From Vezdaea acicularis (Eukaryota), in the NCBI GenBank assembly GCA_026025075.1, contig JAPEUI010000007.1:1-64000 (forward strand): a stretch of DNA of 64,000 bases. Reading direction: 5' to 3'. Below, in pieces: positions 61,317 to 64,000 of this stretch. The notes under the pieces are model-generated. The model did no database searches. It was not told the DNA's origin and worked only from the letters and a program-made list of their open reading frames with translations. How positions within the stretch are numbered: the first letter of the stretch is position 1; every line of letters starts with the position of its first letter. Both the position numbers and the translations under genes were made by a program.

Positions 61317-61707
61317 TCAATATTTGAAGCTCGAAGATCTTCTTGCTCGCTCCGTCTGCAAAGCGTAGAGTTCGGCTTGGAGGACCTTGATCGTCTCACA
61401 AGCCTTGCTAATGGATGCACTGTAGCTGCTTGGTTCTCGTTGCCTAGCCGATGTGAGCTAAGTTTGCGGGATCCTAGGGACATCTGTCTGCGTACCATCT
61501 GGCTATTCTCTCTTCTTCTTTCCGTACGCGATTCTGCTTTACATCGATTTTCTGGCAAGTTTTACACTTTTCACCAAGATGATTGGTGGACATCACAAGT
61601 CTCATACCGCAGGTTTCACCCGTGCGGTATTCTTTGTTGCAATGCTGCTGGAAGCGACCCCACTTGTAATCGCCACACTGGTAAATGTGTTGGTCGTAGA
61701 AGCACAT
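61317..61707 (-). CDS. Small Cys-rich fungal hypothetical protein with a C-terminal coiled coil
   Basis: MCFYDQHIYQCGDYKWGRFQQHCNKEYRTGETCGMRLV...KCKTCQKI, intron about 61495..61444, then WQREPSSYSASISKACETIKVLQAELYALQTERARR*. A 5'UTR intron lies at about 61791..61743. Confidence 0.82.
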
Positions 61708-64000
61708 TTTCAATTCTGTTCTTTACGCGTGATTACCCAAAGCTAGTGGTCACATTAGCGATTGGTTATGAGCCCTAACTTGGGTGCCTACCTGTTCTTG
61801 TCCCTTATCAAAGCTTAAAGTCTATGAGACTTTAATGTTACGATTGGTCTTAGTGAGGAGAAATAGTAGAAGCTCTCAATGTGAGAAGGATATGAAGATG
61901 GGGATAAGGAGTAGTATTCTCTAGACTGTTGGCTCTTCAGTATATGAGATTAAAGAGTTGAGCTTCTCAGGTCATGATGGAGGTATTTATATTCCGTCTC
62001 TACAGTTCTATCGGACACTGACAAATTCAATCGGAAGAGCATCGGACCATGCCATCCACACCGCTATGCTGGGCGTTGATGCTCAATGCATTTTCTTATC
62101 AGTCACATTCTCTTAAGCCAACGAAACTTGTCGATTGCTTCCTGGGTCGAAACCGTTCAGGTGATCCTAGCCGTTCAGCTCCGACCTCGACCCCGTTCAT
62201 CCTGGTAATAGCCTCGCGTATAATGAAATAACTTGCCGATGAGGACGCCGAGGCATACTATCCGCGTACAGTAGCCATCTTTGAAAAAAAACACCTCATA
62301 CAGACTGCTTCGGACTTCAACCCTTCCTAGGTTCTCGGCCCGCAATCACGGTTCACTGCCTGAGGAAGTGTGGATCGTGGCTGTCCTATTCGCCCCCGTC
62401 TTACCGCATATGTGGTTGCCGGCCTAGCATTCAATCACGTGTGCTTCTTGTGTTCCAACCGTTTGTTAGGCTGTTCAATGGATACCCGGTATTTGATTTT
62501 TAAGTGGAGGAGAAAGATCCACCTCAAAGGGTCTGTGCGTGCTCCGATGAGCACGGGATCGATAGCATCATGCACTCCCTGGCTCCGACAGAGCCCGGAA
62601 CCTACCTTGTCCGAGATAAGAGAAGAGTTCCGGCTACTAGATCTGGCTTGAACTGGCATTGACCAACGATGATATCACGGATCGACTCTTTGGTCCCGTA
62701 TGGTCCTTTGAAGCCCTCCATTTCCGGGCGTAAATTGCCTAAATTTGGACCGAGACGGCTCACATATCGGCTCCATACCCTTGTGCTGGGCTCCAAGCAC
62801 GTACGAACGAAAATTATCAGGTCTTCATCTCTCCTGGGTCCGGCACGCTCAGTAGAGCTCTTGACAATCTTTCCCTTAGCTCCAAGGCCAGACACTTGTA
62901 CACGACTGGAGGCGAGTAATGCTGACTGGAAGTTCCTTTTGACCTCCATACCTTCGTCCAACAATAAGCCCCTTGACCATGGGCTTGGTGTCATTCCGGT
63001 CACAATACCTCGTCTACAATGTCTGTGGCTGCACATCGACAGCCGTGTCAAGGACACCAACTTTAGGCCGCCTTACGGTCACGCTTTCTGCTCTAATACT
63101 GGACTAGGCCCCCTCCCGATCCTTTGATCGCGTTGCACTTTCCTTAGCCTTGCTCATCCAAGGTCTCTCTTCTCCAGCAATCTGCATGATCTGAGACGCT
63201 TGATAAGAGCTGGTTAAGGGCTAGGTCGATCGCTAGTCCCTCTACTGCGTATGCTCGTTGCATTCTTAGCCCGCTCTCTGCGCTAATCTTCCTACTGAAG
63301 CTGCGACGATGGTTTGCCTACGTGGCAGGTGCGGTCTGGTTGTCCCACCATTATCTTCGACGGTGCTTGCTTGGTGCAATTGGAACGCACGGTCACATTT
63401 CGCGCATGGAGGCTAGTTTCCGAGATCATCACGGACATCACCAAATCATGTTCTTCAGGCGAAAGACACTCCGAGGAAACGGCAGAAGGCGCAAAGGAAA
63501 AAGTCAGGTGGCGGTCAGCCTTCATGCCCAGCGATCAAGGAAGGGCTTCCCATGACCTAAAGACTTCTAGCCCTTGGACAATCAAGGTTAAAGTGGCAAA
63601 ATATGCAAGACGTCCTCCACCGTCACATCCTCCAAAATTTCGTCTGCAAATCTGCTCAGGCAGCCTCCGGGCAACCGGGTCATTGCTGTCCCTCAGAATT
63701 CCGATGGGGGCGCTCAATTCTGTTACTCATGGACTAGTCTCACGGACCGGCGGCCTTGTGAGCGGCCAACGCGGGAAGAGGGAGGTCGGGCAGAGGCTAT
63801 GGCCTGAGCAATGGCAACCAGAAACGAGGCAATCATGCCGGCGCTGGAAGTCTCGCTTCTCACGGAAATCTACTGTTTTCCAACATTCTACGCCGTCGTG
63901 TTTACAGTAGCTAAACCGCCTGGATCGCATCCTATCCATGGCTTCTCCTCATTGTTCCGGGTCGCCTTCTCACGGCCCGTTGTTGATTCTCGAGTTTCAC

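Overview
This is a gene-dense, intron-containing stretch of a filamentous ascomycete (Pezizomycotina) nuclear genome. Introns are short (50-60 nt) GT-AG introns with CTRAY branch points. I could support about 20 protein-coding genes, most of them housekeeping: a Trk K+ transporter (5' part), DPP1-type PAP2 phosphatase, MED7, a BSD-domain protein, SPF30, an AP-1/Yap1-like bZIP, a DUF2433 metallophosphoesterase-like protein, SUP35, a Tco89-like protein, a single-pass membrane protein, a large coiled-coil protein, MRPL39, MAK5, TRM7, a GPI wall protein, alanine aminotransferase, ENP2, MED13, a 2-oxoglutarate carrier, MMS21, BUD22 and two hypotheticals. Trk, DPP1 and MRPL39 are absent from the ORF track and were assembled by hand from exons. 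I found no CRISPR array, rRNA, tRNA or recognisable transposase, and no clearly new multi-gene system. The best oddities are: a Yap1 homologue that lacks both canonical n-CRD cysteines; MED13 and BUD22 that appear N-terminally truncated; a ~100-unit variant heptamer minisatellite next to (GGA)n and poly-G; recurrent C-rich-to-G-rich skew flips that run through coding sequence; a required GC-AG intron; a dual-start alanine aminotransferase; and a candidate orphan box C/D RNA. All family assignments come from recognising motifs by eye, not from database searches.
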